Below are positions 1 to 8,805 of a stretch of DNA of 25,185 nt, piece after piece. How positions within the stretch are numbered: the stretch's first letter is position 1; every line of letters starts with the position of its first letter. Under the pieces are notes generated by a model. That model did not search any database. It saw nothing but the letters and a program-made list of their open reading frames with translations, and had not been told where the DNA came from. The translations under genes and the position numbers were made by a program. The DNA comes from Promethearchaeota archaeon (GTDB lineage: Archaea > Asgardarchaeota > Lokiarchaeia > Sigyniarchaeales > SOKP01): the NCBI GenBank assembly GCA_013375475.1, contig JABXKD010000054.1, forward strand, positions 1 to 25,185, read 5' to 3'.

Positions 1-1
1 A

Positions 2-1534
2 TTGATTCAGAAAGTAGAGACTCCGGTTTATCCAGAGGAAATTAATATGACTGTAAGCATTGATAATCAAGTGTATCCGATATCTAATACTACGAGCGAA
101 GAAGAAGGATATTTAGAAAAGACTGTAGTTGACTTCTCACCGAATAGTGAAAGTTACCAAATTGTTGTGAGCAATGAAGCCTCAGAAAGCCTTCTTTTTA
201 ATGTAAGTTATTCCGTAACTCTTTCTAACAATAGCCTAACTTCAGGTTCCGTTGTGGTCCAAGAAGGCACAACAAATATGTGGAGTGTAAATCCTACAAT
301 CGTAAGACAACCTACTAATTATACTGTAGTGTTAAATTTTCCTAGTAGCTGGGAGAATATAAGTGTATTGAGAGACGAAGTTGATATCACTTCAAGTATT
401 ATCGTAGATACCACAAGTCATGATATTATTCTTCTAAACGATTCAATAACCGATGGAGCAGATTGGGAGATTATCGCTTATACTCCTAATATTAAATTTG
501 AATTATATATACAAAAAACGGAATACACATTAGGTCAAGATATAGAATTCTTATTTCAAACAAACTTATCTGGAACATACATTTTCGTTTTACTTGATTC
601 TGCAGGTGTACCTGTTAAGACTCAAACGATAACTTACCCTCCCACAACAATTTTTTTGTATAATCTAAACTTAACTGATCTGGTTGGCACATATATTATT
701 TATGTGTTCTTTTTTAGTGCTAGTGAAACAAATGCAGGAGTTCAATCGCAAGCATTTGAGATTTCCCCTAACGACCCACCACCACCTGAATTTCCGCTAT
801 TTTTAATTATTTTTATAATTGTGCTTGGAGCAGTTTCACTGGGATTAGTATCCTACATATCCTACAAGAAGATACACTCCCAACGTAGAACTAAGCTAGA
901 AAAATTCTTGAATAAGTGTACTGATGTCTCAAACATCAACAATGTTATAGTTATTGATACCAAATCTGGAATCGATATTTTCTCGCAATCGTTTGGCGGA
1001 GCAAAACTAGACACGAGCCTAATTTCGGGCTTCTTGCAAGCAATTAGTAACTTTGGATCAACAATTTCTGAAGCTGCTAAAGAATCTCGTACCTTAACTA
1101 TAGAATACAAGGATTCAATTGTTATGCAAACTGAATTTGTTAACCTTAAACTAATAGTAACATTAAAGGAAAATCCATCCGCTAATTTTAAATTTATAAT
1201 GGAAGACTTAGCTTACGATATTTACAAACAGTATGGTCAAGAAATAGATAAATTCGCAGGAATTTTAAAACCCTTCCACAATATGAACGAATTAATAGAA
1301 AAACATCTGAATGTTTCATTTCTTTACCCTCTTAAAATTGTAGAAAATCCTAAAGTCAAGTTAAATATGTCTGAGAAAGAAATGGTTGATAAAGCTCGAA
1401 CTTTTATGAAGGAAAACAATTTCGACCATTTCTATTCGCTTTATTTAATGCCAGAAAATGCTTGTACTCCTAAAGATTATCAAACAATATTTAATTTGAT
1501 AGAAAAGGGAGTATTTCAACCGACTGAAAAATGA
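2..1534 (+). CDS. Single-pass membrane protein, 5'-truncated: beta-rich extracellular region, Pro linker, TM helix, cytoplasmic longin-like domain and small helical C-terminal domain
   Basis: Frame is open from the window edge. S/T/N/V-rich N-part with many N-x-S/T sequons; PNDPPPPEFP linker; TM helix LFLIIFIIVLGAVSLGLVSYISY followed by KK; then NVIVIDTKSGIDIFSQSF...TSLISGFLQAISNF, the pattern I associate with Asgard longin-like domains. Confidence 0.75.
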   Translation: MIQKVETPVYPEEINMTVSIDNQVYPISNTTSEEEGYLEKTVVDFSPNSESYQIVVSNEASESLLFNVSYSVTLSNNSLTSGSVVVQEGTTNMWSVNPTIVRQPTNYTVVLNFPSSWENISVLRDEVDITSSIIVDTTSHDIILLNDSITDGADWEIIAYTPNIKFELYIQKTEYTLGQDIEFLFQTNLSGTYIFVLLDSAGVPVKTQTITYPPTTIFLYNLNLTDLVGTYIIYVFFFSASETNAGVQSQAFEISPNDPPPPEFPLFLIIFIIVLGAVSLGLVSYISYKKIHSQRRTKLEKFLNKCTDVSNINNVIVIDTKSGIDIFSQSFGGAKLDTSLISGFLQAISNFGSTISEAAKESRTLTIEYKDSIVMQTEFVNLKLIVTLKENPSANFKFIMEDLAYDIYKQYGQEIDKFAGILKPFHNMNELIEKHLNVSFLYPLKIVENPKVKLNMSEKEMVDKARTFMKENNFDHFYSLYLMPENACTPKDYQTIFNLIEKGVFQPTEK

Positions 1535-1563
1535 ATTTTAAAGATACTTCTAGTACTTGAATT

Positions 1564-1576
1564 AAAAAAAAAAAAA
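1564..1576 (-). terminator. Oligo-T (T13 on minus strand) archaeal terminator
   Basis: A13 run just past the stop of the minus-strand gene 1588..2169, in a convergent gap. Confidence 0.5.
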
Positions 1577-1587
1577 GTTATATTTGT

Positions 1588-2169
1588 TTATTCTGATTTT
1601 TTACGCCAATATGTAAAGTATACAATAATTAGAATAATTGCTACGGGAATACCAAATATAATTACTATCCACATCAGTGTATAAAACCAAGAGAAAACCC
1701 AATAACTATATGGTTGAGAGCCAAATTGAGCATTGTAATTTCCGTTTACAGCTATATAAATACAATAAGCTATAAACATGAAGAGACCGCCACCGCCTTC
1801 ACCACCCGCATTTCTCTTTCTATTTTTGTTTTTCTTTTCTCTCGCTTTATACTCGGCTTTCTCTTCATCTGGTAATCTACTCCACCAGAGAAATCCTCCT
1901 AATGCAAAAAATAATACGGCTGGAATCCCTATAAATAATAATTCCCATAAAATTATTTGAATCATAAATCCAACGATGTAATTCAATGTCCACTGATTAA
2001 GAGTCCATGTACCCTGTCCCCCTATAGGAGACGTGTTTATGTACCATATTAGCACCAAAAGTGCTCCAATAAAAAGACATACACAGGCAATTATTACAAT
2101 TAGGAATGGTTTCCAATGTTCCTTTATTTTTTTCTCCCAATAAGTTTTTTCGCTTAATTCTTCGTTCAT
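1588..2169 (-). CDS. Hypothetical multi-pass membrane protein (about 4 TM)
   Basis: 193 aa; four Trp/Phe/Ile-rich hydrophobic segments around a basic loop (REKKNKNRKRN) and a Gly stretch. Confidence 0.75.
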   Translation of the reverse strand: MNEELSEKTYWEKKIKEHWKPFLIVIIACVCLFIGALLVLIWYINTSPIGGQGTWTLNQWTLNYIVGFMIQIILWELLFIGIPAVLFFALGGFLWWSRLPDEEKAEYKAREKKNKNRKRNAGGEGGGGLFMFIAYCIYIAVNGNYNAQFGSQPYSYWVFSWFYTLMWIVIIFGIPVAIILIIVYFTYWRKKSE

Positions 2170-2328
2170 AAGATTTGCACTTTAAATTTTAGAATTTTCT
2201 AATAAGATTTCCATTTACTTTAAATTAAACTGATTTAAAAAGGTTAGTGCAAAAATTGCTCCTAGGATAAATTTGTAAAAATAACTTATAACCAAAGATT
2301 ACATTAACAAAGAGAAAAGAAATAAACT

Positions 2329-3228
2329 TTAGAACCATTGGACCCTTAAGGGTTTTCGAGCGGGGATTTTTTTATACTTTACATTAGGATACCCCATTGT
2401 TAAACAATACCCTACGGTATGATTAGAAGGAATCTTTATTAAATCTCTAATTGTTTGATATTCGTTGACAAAACCCGTTAAATAGCCTAACGAGCAAGTT
2501 CCAAGCCCAAGAGTCTCCGCAGCGAGCATAATATGGGCTGCAGCTAAAGCGCTATTCGAGGATATCCCTCCTTCAACTTTATCACCATGAATAATAATTA
2601 GCTCTCCATTCCAACACCAAAAATCGATTCCTTTTTCTATCATTACGAGTTTTCTTTTTATGCTAGGAAGATTTTCAAGAACTTTGCTAATTTCTTCTTC
2701 TGACCTGCTTTTTTTCAATAAATCCCGCCCCTTAGGACCCTCGAGCGCGTTAACGAGCGTAGTTAATCTTTCAGTGATGTGTCTTGAAATAGCAGTTACA
2801 GTTGATCTATCTTGGACAACAGTAAAGTAAACATTTTCTGAATTACCGCCAGTAGGGGAATATCTACCAACTTCCAATAGTTTATCTATTACTTTTTTTG
2901 GAATAGCTTTTTCTTTGAATTGCCTGATTGACCTCCTCTTTAAAACTAAATTCAAAAATTTATCATATATTGGAACATCTTCCCTTACCGAACTGCTTTC
3001 TAGTTCTTCTTCTTTATGAAACTTTAATCGAATGACATTTACAGGACACACGGATTCACAGTGACCGCATTCTATGCAACGATCTTCAAATGATTCAACA
3101 ATTTGTAGTTGGTCTTGTTCAAAATAAAACAAATTAGCTACGCAATCTTTGACGCACTCTTTACATTTTGTACAATTTTCTATATCAATTTTTAGTATAG
3201 AATTTTCTATTTCACTCATCGCTATCAA
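2329..3228 (-). CDS. Nitroreductase family protein with N-terminal 2x[4Fe-4S] ferredoxin domain
   Basis: CTKCKECVKDC and CIECGHCESVCP; FMN-binding motifs RRSIRQF, SPTGGN, LAAETLGLGTC, MGYP. Start may be ATG at 3219. Confidence 0.9.
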   Translation of the reverse strand: MIAMSEIENSILKIDIENCTKCKECVKDCVANLFYFEQDQLQIVESFEDRCIECGHCESVCPVNVIRLKFHKEEELESSSVREDVPIYDKFLNLVLKRRSIRQFKEKAIPKKVIDKLLEVGRYSPTGGNSENVYFTVVQDRSTVTAISRHITERLTTLVNALEGPKGRDLLKKSRSEEEISKVLENLPSIKRKLVMIEKGIDFWCWNGELIIIHGDKVEGGISSNSALAAAHIMLAAETLGLGTCSLGYLTGFVNEYQTIRDLIKIPSNHTVGYCLTMGYPNVKYKKIPARKPLRVQWF

Positions 3229-3344
3229 ACTTTTTAGGAATTCTCAATAATTATGGTATATGATTTAATTTTGTAAAATTCGAATACCATAAAAAGATTT
3301 TTATTTAAATTTAAAAGTAGAAGACATTGTAAAAAATTCATTCA

Positions 3345-4127
3345 TTAAATTGTCCAATAACTCTTTTTTAATACTTTATTTTTAACTATTTTCACTTTTT
3401 GTATAGGATTGTTCTTAAATGCGGAATAGAGCGTTTCTAAACTATCTTTTTTATAAGTGAGGTTCCATTGATCGCTTAAGATATTCCAATAAACCTTTAT
3501 AGGGATACCTATATCAGCAATAAATAATTCCCCAATATTTTTGCGCTCTGTAATAAGCAGACCTTGTTTAACGAAACCTAAGGTTAAGGTTGCTATTGGA
3601 TTGATACTAGAATAATTTCTTCCCGTTGTTGCATCCAATCCTGAAGGAATATTTAAAGAAAGTAGAATTTTTATGTTTGAAAGAAATTTAAACACTTTTT
3701 CAGAAATGTCATCTTGATGTGGAGTGAACCCATATCCGAGGTAAGCATCAATAAAAAAGCAATTTTACTTAAAATCTAAAGACTTATATGGTAAATTATC
3801 TAAAACTTCGATTCCCAGTTGTTTTGCTCTTTTAAACTGATCTTTGGGAATGATTTTAAGTTGTTTAACGCCCCTTGGAAAGATTGTTTGAGTATTTAAG
3901 CCCTAAGAAGCTAACCGTCTTGCTGCGACAATACCCCCTCCCGCGTTGTTACCTGAGCCCGCAATTATTATGTAATTAGAATAATTATTGTTTGATAGTT
4001 TTAGAGCTAATTTTGCTAGATTAAATCCTGCAAGTTCCATCATTAACTCAACAGGGATTTTAAAATCTTCGACCATTATCCGGTCAACTTCTGTCATCTC
4101 CTCCCTTGTAACGCCAGGTAATCCCAA
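3345..4127 (-). pseudogene. nnrE: NAD(P)H-hydrate epimerase (YjeF_N) pseudogene with two in-frame stops
   Basis: ORFs 3903..4127 and 3345..3695 are in one frame. Reading through TAG (3905-3903) and TAA (3767-3765) gives LMMELAG, GSGNNAGGGIVAARRL, IDAYLGYG, SLNIPSGLDATTG, TLTLG..K.GL and ADIGIP. AGGAGG precedes the TTG start. Confidence 0.85.
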
Positions 4128-4164
4128 AATGTTCCCTCCTAGGTTAAAAAGTTAAAAAAAATGA

Positions 4165-5286
4165 TTAAATATGAGTTTTTTCAGCTCTTGCCAATTCTGC
4201 TTTCTTATCCATGATTGTTGTAAATGTTGCTAAAGTATTTCTTGGAGGAAGCAACTCTTCTTCTTTTTTAACAAGCGTCATTGCTTCAGATGTGCAAGTA
4301 GGAACGCAAACTCCACAACCAATACATCTGTCTTTATCTACTACCGCGACATCGTCTTCAACATGAACTGCATCAACGTTACATCGATCTTCGCAGATAC
4401 CACACGCAACACATAGCTCTGTATCTACTTCAGCACGATAGTTAGTAGCGAATAAATGAGAAAGTTTTGGTAAGTGTGTATGGCTTGTAAGCACTCCACA
4501 ACAACAACCACAACAAGCACATATATTCATTGGTCGTTGAGAATTTCCTGGTTGTAGTACTAAACCATCCTCTTCTGCTTTTTCTAAAAATTTTAATGCT
4601 TCTTCTTTCGAAATTTCCCGAGCAAGCCCTTTTTCGATAAAACTTTTAGCAGCGGTTCTAAAAGATAAACAAGATTCGCGTACTTTTGTTTTCGTGCATG
4701 GTTCCCCGATGAGATCTGCCCCTTTTCGACAGATACATTCCATAATTGCAATAGGTTCTCCAATGTTATTAATTAACGCCTTTAAATCGTCGTACTGAGC
4801 AATTGATTGTTCATTATTGACAGTTTGATCTAACGGGATCACTCGTAATTGAGGAACACCTGATTTATGGTATTCTTCGCTGAAAAATGTGCTATGCAAG
4901 TATTCATGTGCATCTTTAAAGAATTCGGGTGTGAGTCTATTCAATTGGTATTCAAAAAATCCAACTACCACAGGAGCGCTTCCATAATATTTTGTCTCTG
5001 TTTCTCCTTCTTTCACTAACCCTCGGTTAATTAACCCACTGAAGTACATCTCATCTAATCTTTCCTCTAATTCTTCTAAAGAGTAATCACTTTTCAGTTT
5101 CCTGAAAATTTTTTTTAAAGGATCCGCCATAAAATTCAATTTTAGTGATATTTTGGCTTGTTCTGGAGAGAATAAATGTTTCAAAACTTTAATTTCAATA
5201 CCAGATTCTGTAGCGGGATAACCAACAGGCATCTTATCGAGATGAATCTGCAATTCTCGAAAGACATCTATCTCTTCTTCAATCAT
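4165..5286 (-). CDS. Cys-rich 4Fe-4S dicluster protein (HTH-like N-terminus, central Cys cluster, C-terminal ferredoxin)
   Basis: CICRK, ICACCGCCC, CVACGICEDRC, CIGCGVCVPTC; paralogue of 16506..17651. Confidence 0.85.
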   Translation of the reverse strand: MIEEEIDVFRELQIHLDKMPVGYPATESGIEIKVLKHLFSPEQAKISLKLNFMADPLKKIFRKLKSDYSLEELEERLDEMYFSGLINRGLVKEGETETKYYGSAPVVVGFFEYQLNRLTPEFFKDAHEYLHSTFFSEEYHKSGVPQLRVIPLDQTVNNEQSIAQYDDLKALINNIGEPIAIMECICRKGADLIGEPCTKTKVRESCLSFRTAAKSFIEKGLAREISKEEALKFLEKAEEDGLVLQPGNSQRPMNICACCGCCCGVLTSHTHLPKLSHLFATNYRAEVDTELCVACGICEDRCNVDAVHVEDDVAVVDKDRCIGCGVCVPTCTSEAMTLVKKEEELLPPRNTLATFTTIMDKKAELARAEKTHI

Positions 5287-5399
5287 AGGGTTAATAATAG
5301 TGAAATCTATTTAAAATTAATATTTGAATTATAAAAGACTAGGAAATATATTGAAAGAACTAAAAAGAAATAGAATCCAGAATTACATCCCAAATTTCT

Positions 5400-6371
5400 T
5401 CATTTAGGAGGTCCCTTTATCCATTCTTTAGGTACTTTTGAGACTTTTTCTCTACCTGTAGGTTGATATACTTTTTTTCCTAGAGGTCTAAATTTTAATT
5501 CTCCATTAAAAAATTGTTCGATTCTTTGCTTTGCTATTTTTATATATTCCAGTTCCTTATCTACACCGATAACTTTCCGAGAGTTCTTTAATCCCGCAAT
5601 TAAAGTTGTTCCTACACCACAAAAAGGATCTAAAATATAATCTCCTTGATTTGTAAGAGCAAGAATACATCTCTCCACAAGTTCAATTGGAAATTGGCAA
5701 GGATGAATCGTTTTCTCTGGATGATTTGACTTAACGTTTGGAAACTCCCAGAAGGCGGACATCCAATCATTTTCTAATGTTTTCCAGACGTCGGAAGGAT
5801 TTTTTCCTAACGGGTTTCCCGAAAGTTTACCCTTATTAGGCCCCTTATACGCGCGTTTCCCTGGATATTTTGCGGGGATTCTTATCGAATCTAAATTGAA
5901 AATGTAATCATCTGTTTTTGTAAACCATAGAATTGTCTCATACCGACCAGAAAATCTATTCTTGCAGTGTAAACCATGTCCAAAATGCCATATGACTCTA
6001 TTTCTCAATTTCATACCAATTTTCTTGAAAATATCGTAAAAATATATATCTAACGGATAAATTTCACCATTATTAACGTAATTTCCAACTTCCCAACAAA
6101 CGCTTCCTTCACTTTTAAGTTTGAGATAAAGTTCTTTAATAGTAATCTCTTGGTTTTTCAAATATACTTCTAAAGTTGCTTTTTTCTCGTAATTCTTTCC
6201 TATGTTATAGGGAGGTGAGGTCACGATTAAATCAACGCTGCTATTTGGGACTGTTTTCAAGAACTTAAGTGAATCTCCATGATGTAAAATGATTTTCCTT
6301 TCCTTAGCAAATTCAGAATAAACCTTATAGGGTGCTGAATTAGAAGTCATCTTTTTTTCTGTCGTCATCAT
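5400..6371 (-). CDS. Site-specific DNA methyltransferase, beta class, probably N4-cytosine (M.BglII/M.BstYI-like)
   Basis: Motif IV TSPPYN precedes motif I LDPFCGVGTT. Segments HGLH..RFSGRYETILWFTK, LSGNPLGKNPSDVW and TIHPCQFP resemble M.BglII as I recall it. Confidence 0.88.
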   Translation of the reverse strand: MMTTEKKMTSNSAPYKVYSEFAKERKIILHHGDSLKFLKTVPNSSVDLIVTSPPYNIGKNYEKKATLEVYLKNQEITIKELYLKLKSEGSVCWEVGNYVNNGEIYPLDIYFYDIFKKIGMKLRNRVIWHFGHGLHCKNRFSGRYETILWFTKTDDYIFNLDSIRIPAKYPGKRAYKGPNKGKLSGNPLGKNPSDVWKTLENDWMSAFWEFPNVKSNHPEKTIHPCQFPIELVERCILALTNQGDYILDPFCGVGTTLIAGLKNSRKVIGVDKELEYIKIAKQRIEQFFNGELKFRPLGKKVYQPTGREKVSKVPKEWIKGPPK

Positions 6372-6535
6372 TAAACCAAAATTTTTAATACTTGTAGGAA
6401 AAGAATTACACTAAAGACTTCTAGTCAAATTTTCTAAATTAAATTATTTGTTAAGCCTTTATCAAAATCAAACTTCTACTTTTTTAACTCAAAATTAAAC
6501 ATGTTCGAATTTAGGTTTATAAGCGCTTTACAATT

Positions 6536-6554
6536 ATGATTATTAAATAATCAT
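6536..6554. promoter_or_regulatory. Perfect 9-1-9 palindrome ATGATTATT-A-AATAATCAT, candidate repressor operator
   Basis: Exact inverted repeat between a TATA-like TTTATAAG (6516-6523) and the cupin gene start. Confidence 0.5.
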
Positions 6555-6566
6555 TAAAATTGAAAA

Positions 6567-6899
6567 GTGGATGTGAAAATTATGAGTGAAAATCCTGAAA
6601 TTTTAGATTTAGATAGTTTACTTGATTATCAAGAAGGCGCAGTTGTTAGTCGAATGCTGCTGAATAAAAAAATAGGGACTGTAACCTTGTTTTCTTTTGA
6701 TAAAGGTGAAGGTTTAAGTGAACACACAACTCCGTTTGATGCGCTGGTTTATATTGTTGAAGGTAAAGTAGAGATTATAATTTCTAAAAAGCCTTACATT
6801 TTAGAAAAAGGGCAAATGATAACGATGCCCGCTAATGATCCTCACGCTCTTAACGCTTTAGAGCGATTTAAAATGATGTTAATTATGGTAAAAGCTTAA
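6567..6899 (+). CDS. Cupin domain protein (single cupin_2 barrel)
   Basis: TLFSFDKGEGLSEHTTPFDA...EG and GQMITMPANDPHAL. Likely start is ATG at 6582. Confidence 0.9.
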   Translation: MDVKIMSENPEILDLDSLLDYQEGAVVSRMLLNKKIGTVTLFSFDKGEGLSEHTTPFDALVYIVEGKVEIIISKKPYILEKGQMITMPANDPHALNALERFKMMLIMVKA

Positions 6900-6908
6900 A
6901 AATAAGTG

Positions 6909-6927
6909 TTTTTTCTTTTTCTTTTTT
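6909..6927 (+). terminator. T-rich terminator after the cupin gene
   Basis: TTTTTTCTTTTTCTTTTTT directly downstream of the stop, in a convergent gap. Confidence 0.5.
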
Positions 6928-7695
6928 CTAATCAAAAATTTTCTTTTTCTCTAGATATTGTTGATCAATAAGAATATCCATTTCAGCATTCAACCAACAT
7001 AATTCATCATAGGTACTGGAGGAATTAAATACTTCTTCTGCCTTTTTACGAATATTTTCAAGTGAAGGCATTCCAAGATTTATTTTTTGAATAGTTTCGG
7101 CTAAAAGCCAGCACAAATCGTTATAGGAATATTTTTTTAGGGATAAATAATAAGCTGCTTCTCTGATTTGTGTTTCTAGACCTAGCTCTTCATCATTATC
7201 GAGTGTATCTGGTTCTTTTATTAAAGGTGCTTCCTCAACTGTAGGCTCCTCAATAAAGGTTTTTCTATGTTCTACGAGCTGCTTTAACCACGCAACGGTT
7301 CCTGATTCTACAACATCTTCCTTTATCTCTACGATTTCTTCTTCAGTTGCAATAGGTTCTTCTTCAGTAGGACCTAACAAAACTAGTTCGGGTCTGCGTT
7401 CGGCTGATCTACCCGGTATTAATCCTTTTTTTAAGTGATCCATCATAGATAGAAAAGAACCGTATTCTCTTTTTTGTATCATTATTAATATTTTACAGTC
7501 ACCTCCACGATCTTTATCAAATCTTCTCGCCCAGGCCGCTGTTAAGTCTTTTTTATATTGAGGAACATCAATTCCTACCCAAACATACAAGGTTTTCTTC
7601 TCAACATCGTCAATAAGATACACATGGTGATCCTCAAACTCTAATTTATTTAATTTAATCAAATTCCCCTTGTTATCAATACTATACAAATTCAT
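6928..7695 (-). CDS. Asgard gelsolin-like protein: one gelsolin domain, acidic linker, C-terminal repeated helical domain (1DGelX-type)
   Basis: aa 1-85 show the gelsolin pattern VYLID....LYVWVG...ARR..K.RGG...I..Q..E...FL; Glu-rich linker; two repeats IR..A......Y(N/D)(D/E)LCWL.AE. Confidence 0.75.
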   Translation of the reverse strand: MNLYSIDNKGNLIKLNKLEFEDHHVYLIDDVEKKTLYVWVGIDVPQYKKDLTAAWARRFDKDRGGDCKILIMIQKREYGSFLSMMDHLKKGLIPGRSAERRPELVLLGPTEEEPIATEEEIVEIKEDVVESGTVAWLKQLVEHRKTFIEEPTVEEAPLIKEPDTLDNDEELGLETQIREAAYYLSLKKYSYNDLCWLLAETIQKINLGMPSLENIRKKAEEVFNSSSTYDELCWLNAEMDILIDQQYLEKKKIFD

Positions 7696-7842
7696 ATACT
7701 ATCCGCTTTATAGATGATTTAAGATTATAAAAATAGATTCAATTAAGGTTTAAAAATCTTTATTAAATTTATTATTATATTGTCTTAATTGCGTTTTTAG
7801 TTTAAATTAGATCTTTACACTATACTTTTTGGTGAAATTAAT

Positions 7843-8805
7843 ATTAGAAAAATCGAACTGTTCTCTAAAAATGGAAAATCCCGCGGATTTTACGATGTTG
7901 CTAATCAACTCAATGATTTAACAGGTAAAGAATGGGTATTTTCTACAAAATCTGTAATTCCAAAAGGATATCCTCCGAGTTTTCAACTTAAACTTAGAAA
8001 TAAACATGGCGGACAAAAACCTCCAGAATTATGTGAAAACTTGATAAGGACATTTACGAAGGAGGGAGATTTAGTCCTAGATCCTTTTTGTGGTGTTGGA
8101 GGTACCTTGATTGGATGCCATTTAAGTAGGCGAACTGGGGTTGGAGTTGAGGTTAATAAGGATTGGGTCGATATTTATTATAATCTTTGCGAATTAGAGT
8201 CCTTAAAGCCATTAGAATTAATTCATGGCGATTCTCGTGATATACTTAAGAAGTTTATTCACGAAAAAAGAAAACAATTTGACTTTATCTTGACAGACAT
8301 CCCATATTGGAAAATGGATGAAGTTGAGAAATCAAAAGGTACGTACAAAAAAGTAGGAGAACAGTCAAAGGGAGTATATTCCGAAAAATCGAAACTCTCA
8401 AGATTCAGTAGCGATTCTAAACAATTTGAGGGAATAAAAGAAGATTGGGAGATGTTAATTCGTGATGTTTTTAGCGAATGCTTTAAGCTTCTAAAACCGG
8501 GGAGTTATTGCGCTGTATTTATTGGAAACATGTATCACAAAGGACAATACTTTCTTCTAAACGCGGACATTGTACGAATATTAGCTCAAATTGGTTTTGT
8601 CCTAAAAGGTGAAATTATATGGTACGATGTAAATAAAAAACTCCATCTTTACGGAATAAACTACAGTTGGATACCTAGTATAGTTCATCAGTTTATTATG
8701 ATTTTTAGGAAAGAAAGAATAAACAATCTAAATAAGGAAGAGAAAGAGAAAGTTAAAACGAATAACCTTAAAAGGATTAAAAATAAAATGTCTAGTGAAG
8801 AATGA
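7843..8805 (+). CDS. DNA (N4-C/N6-A) methyltransferase-like protein; real start lies upstream of the tracked TTG at 8041
   Basis: Motif I LDPFCGVGGT then a motif IV variant TDIPYW; IIWYD. Frame is open from 7801 and encodes LNDLTGKEWVFSTKS and KHGGQKPPELC before 8041. GGTGA at 7831-7835 precedes ATT at 7843; the exact start is uncertain. Confidence 0.8.
   Translation: MRKIELFSKNGKSRGFYDVANQLNDLTGKEWVFSTKSVIPKGYPPSFQLKLRNKHGGQKPPELCENLIRTFTKEGDLVLDPFCGVGGTLIGCHLSRRTGVGVEVNKDWVDIYYNLCELESLKPLELIHGDSRDILKKFIHEKRKQFDFILTDIPYWKMDEVEKSKGTYKKVGEQSKGVYSEKSKLSRFSSDSKQFEGIKEDWEMLIRDVFSECFKLLKPGSYCAVFIGNMYHKGQYFLLNADIVRILAQIGFVLKGEIIWYDVNKKLHLYGINYSWIPSIVHQFIMIFRKERINNLNKEEKEKVKTNNLKRIKNKMSSEE

Noticed and set aside
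2174-2253. Inverted repeat TTTGCACT/AGTGCAAA
   Set aside because: Only 8-bp arms, 64 nt apart, with no target-site duplication or other support for a MITE or structured RNA.
3903-3905. In-frame TAG in nnrE as pyrrolysine or stop-codon recoding
   Set aside because: A second in-frame stop (TAA, 3767-3765) follows, TAG ends other genes normally here (6928, 9474, 18892, 19756), and a TGG-to-TAG mutation explains it.
5400-8805. Defence island or mobile element around the methyltransferases
   Set aside because: No nuclease, integrase, transposase, terminal repeats or obvious compositional shift was seen.
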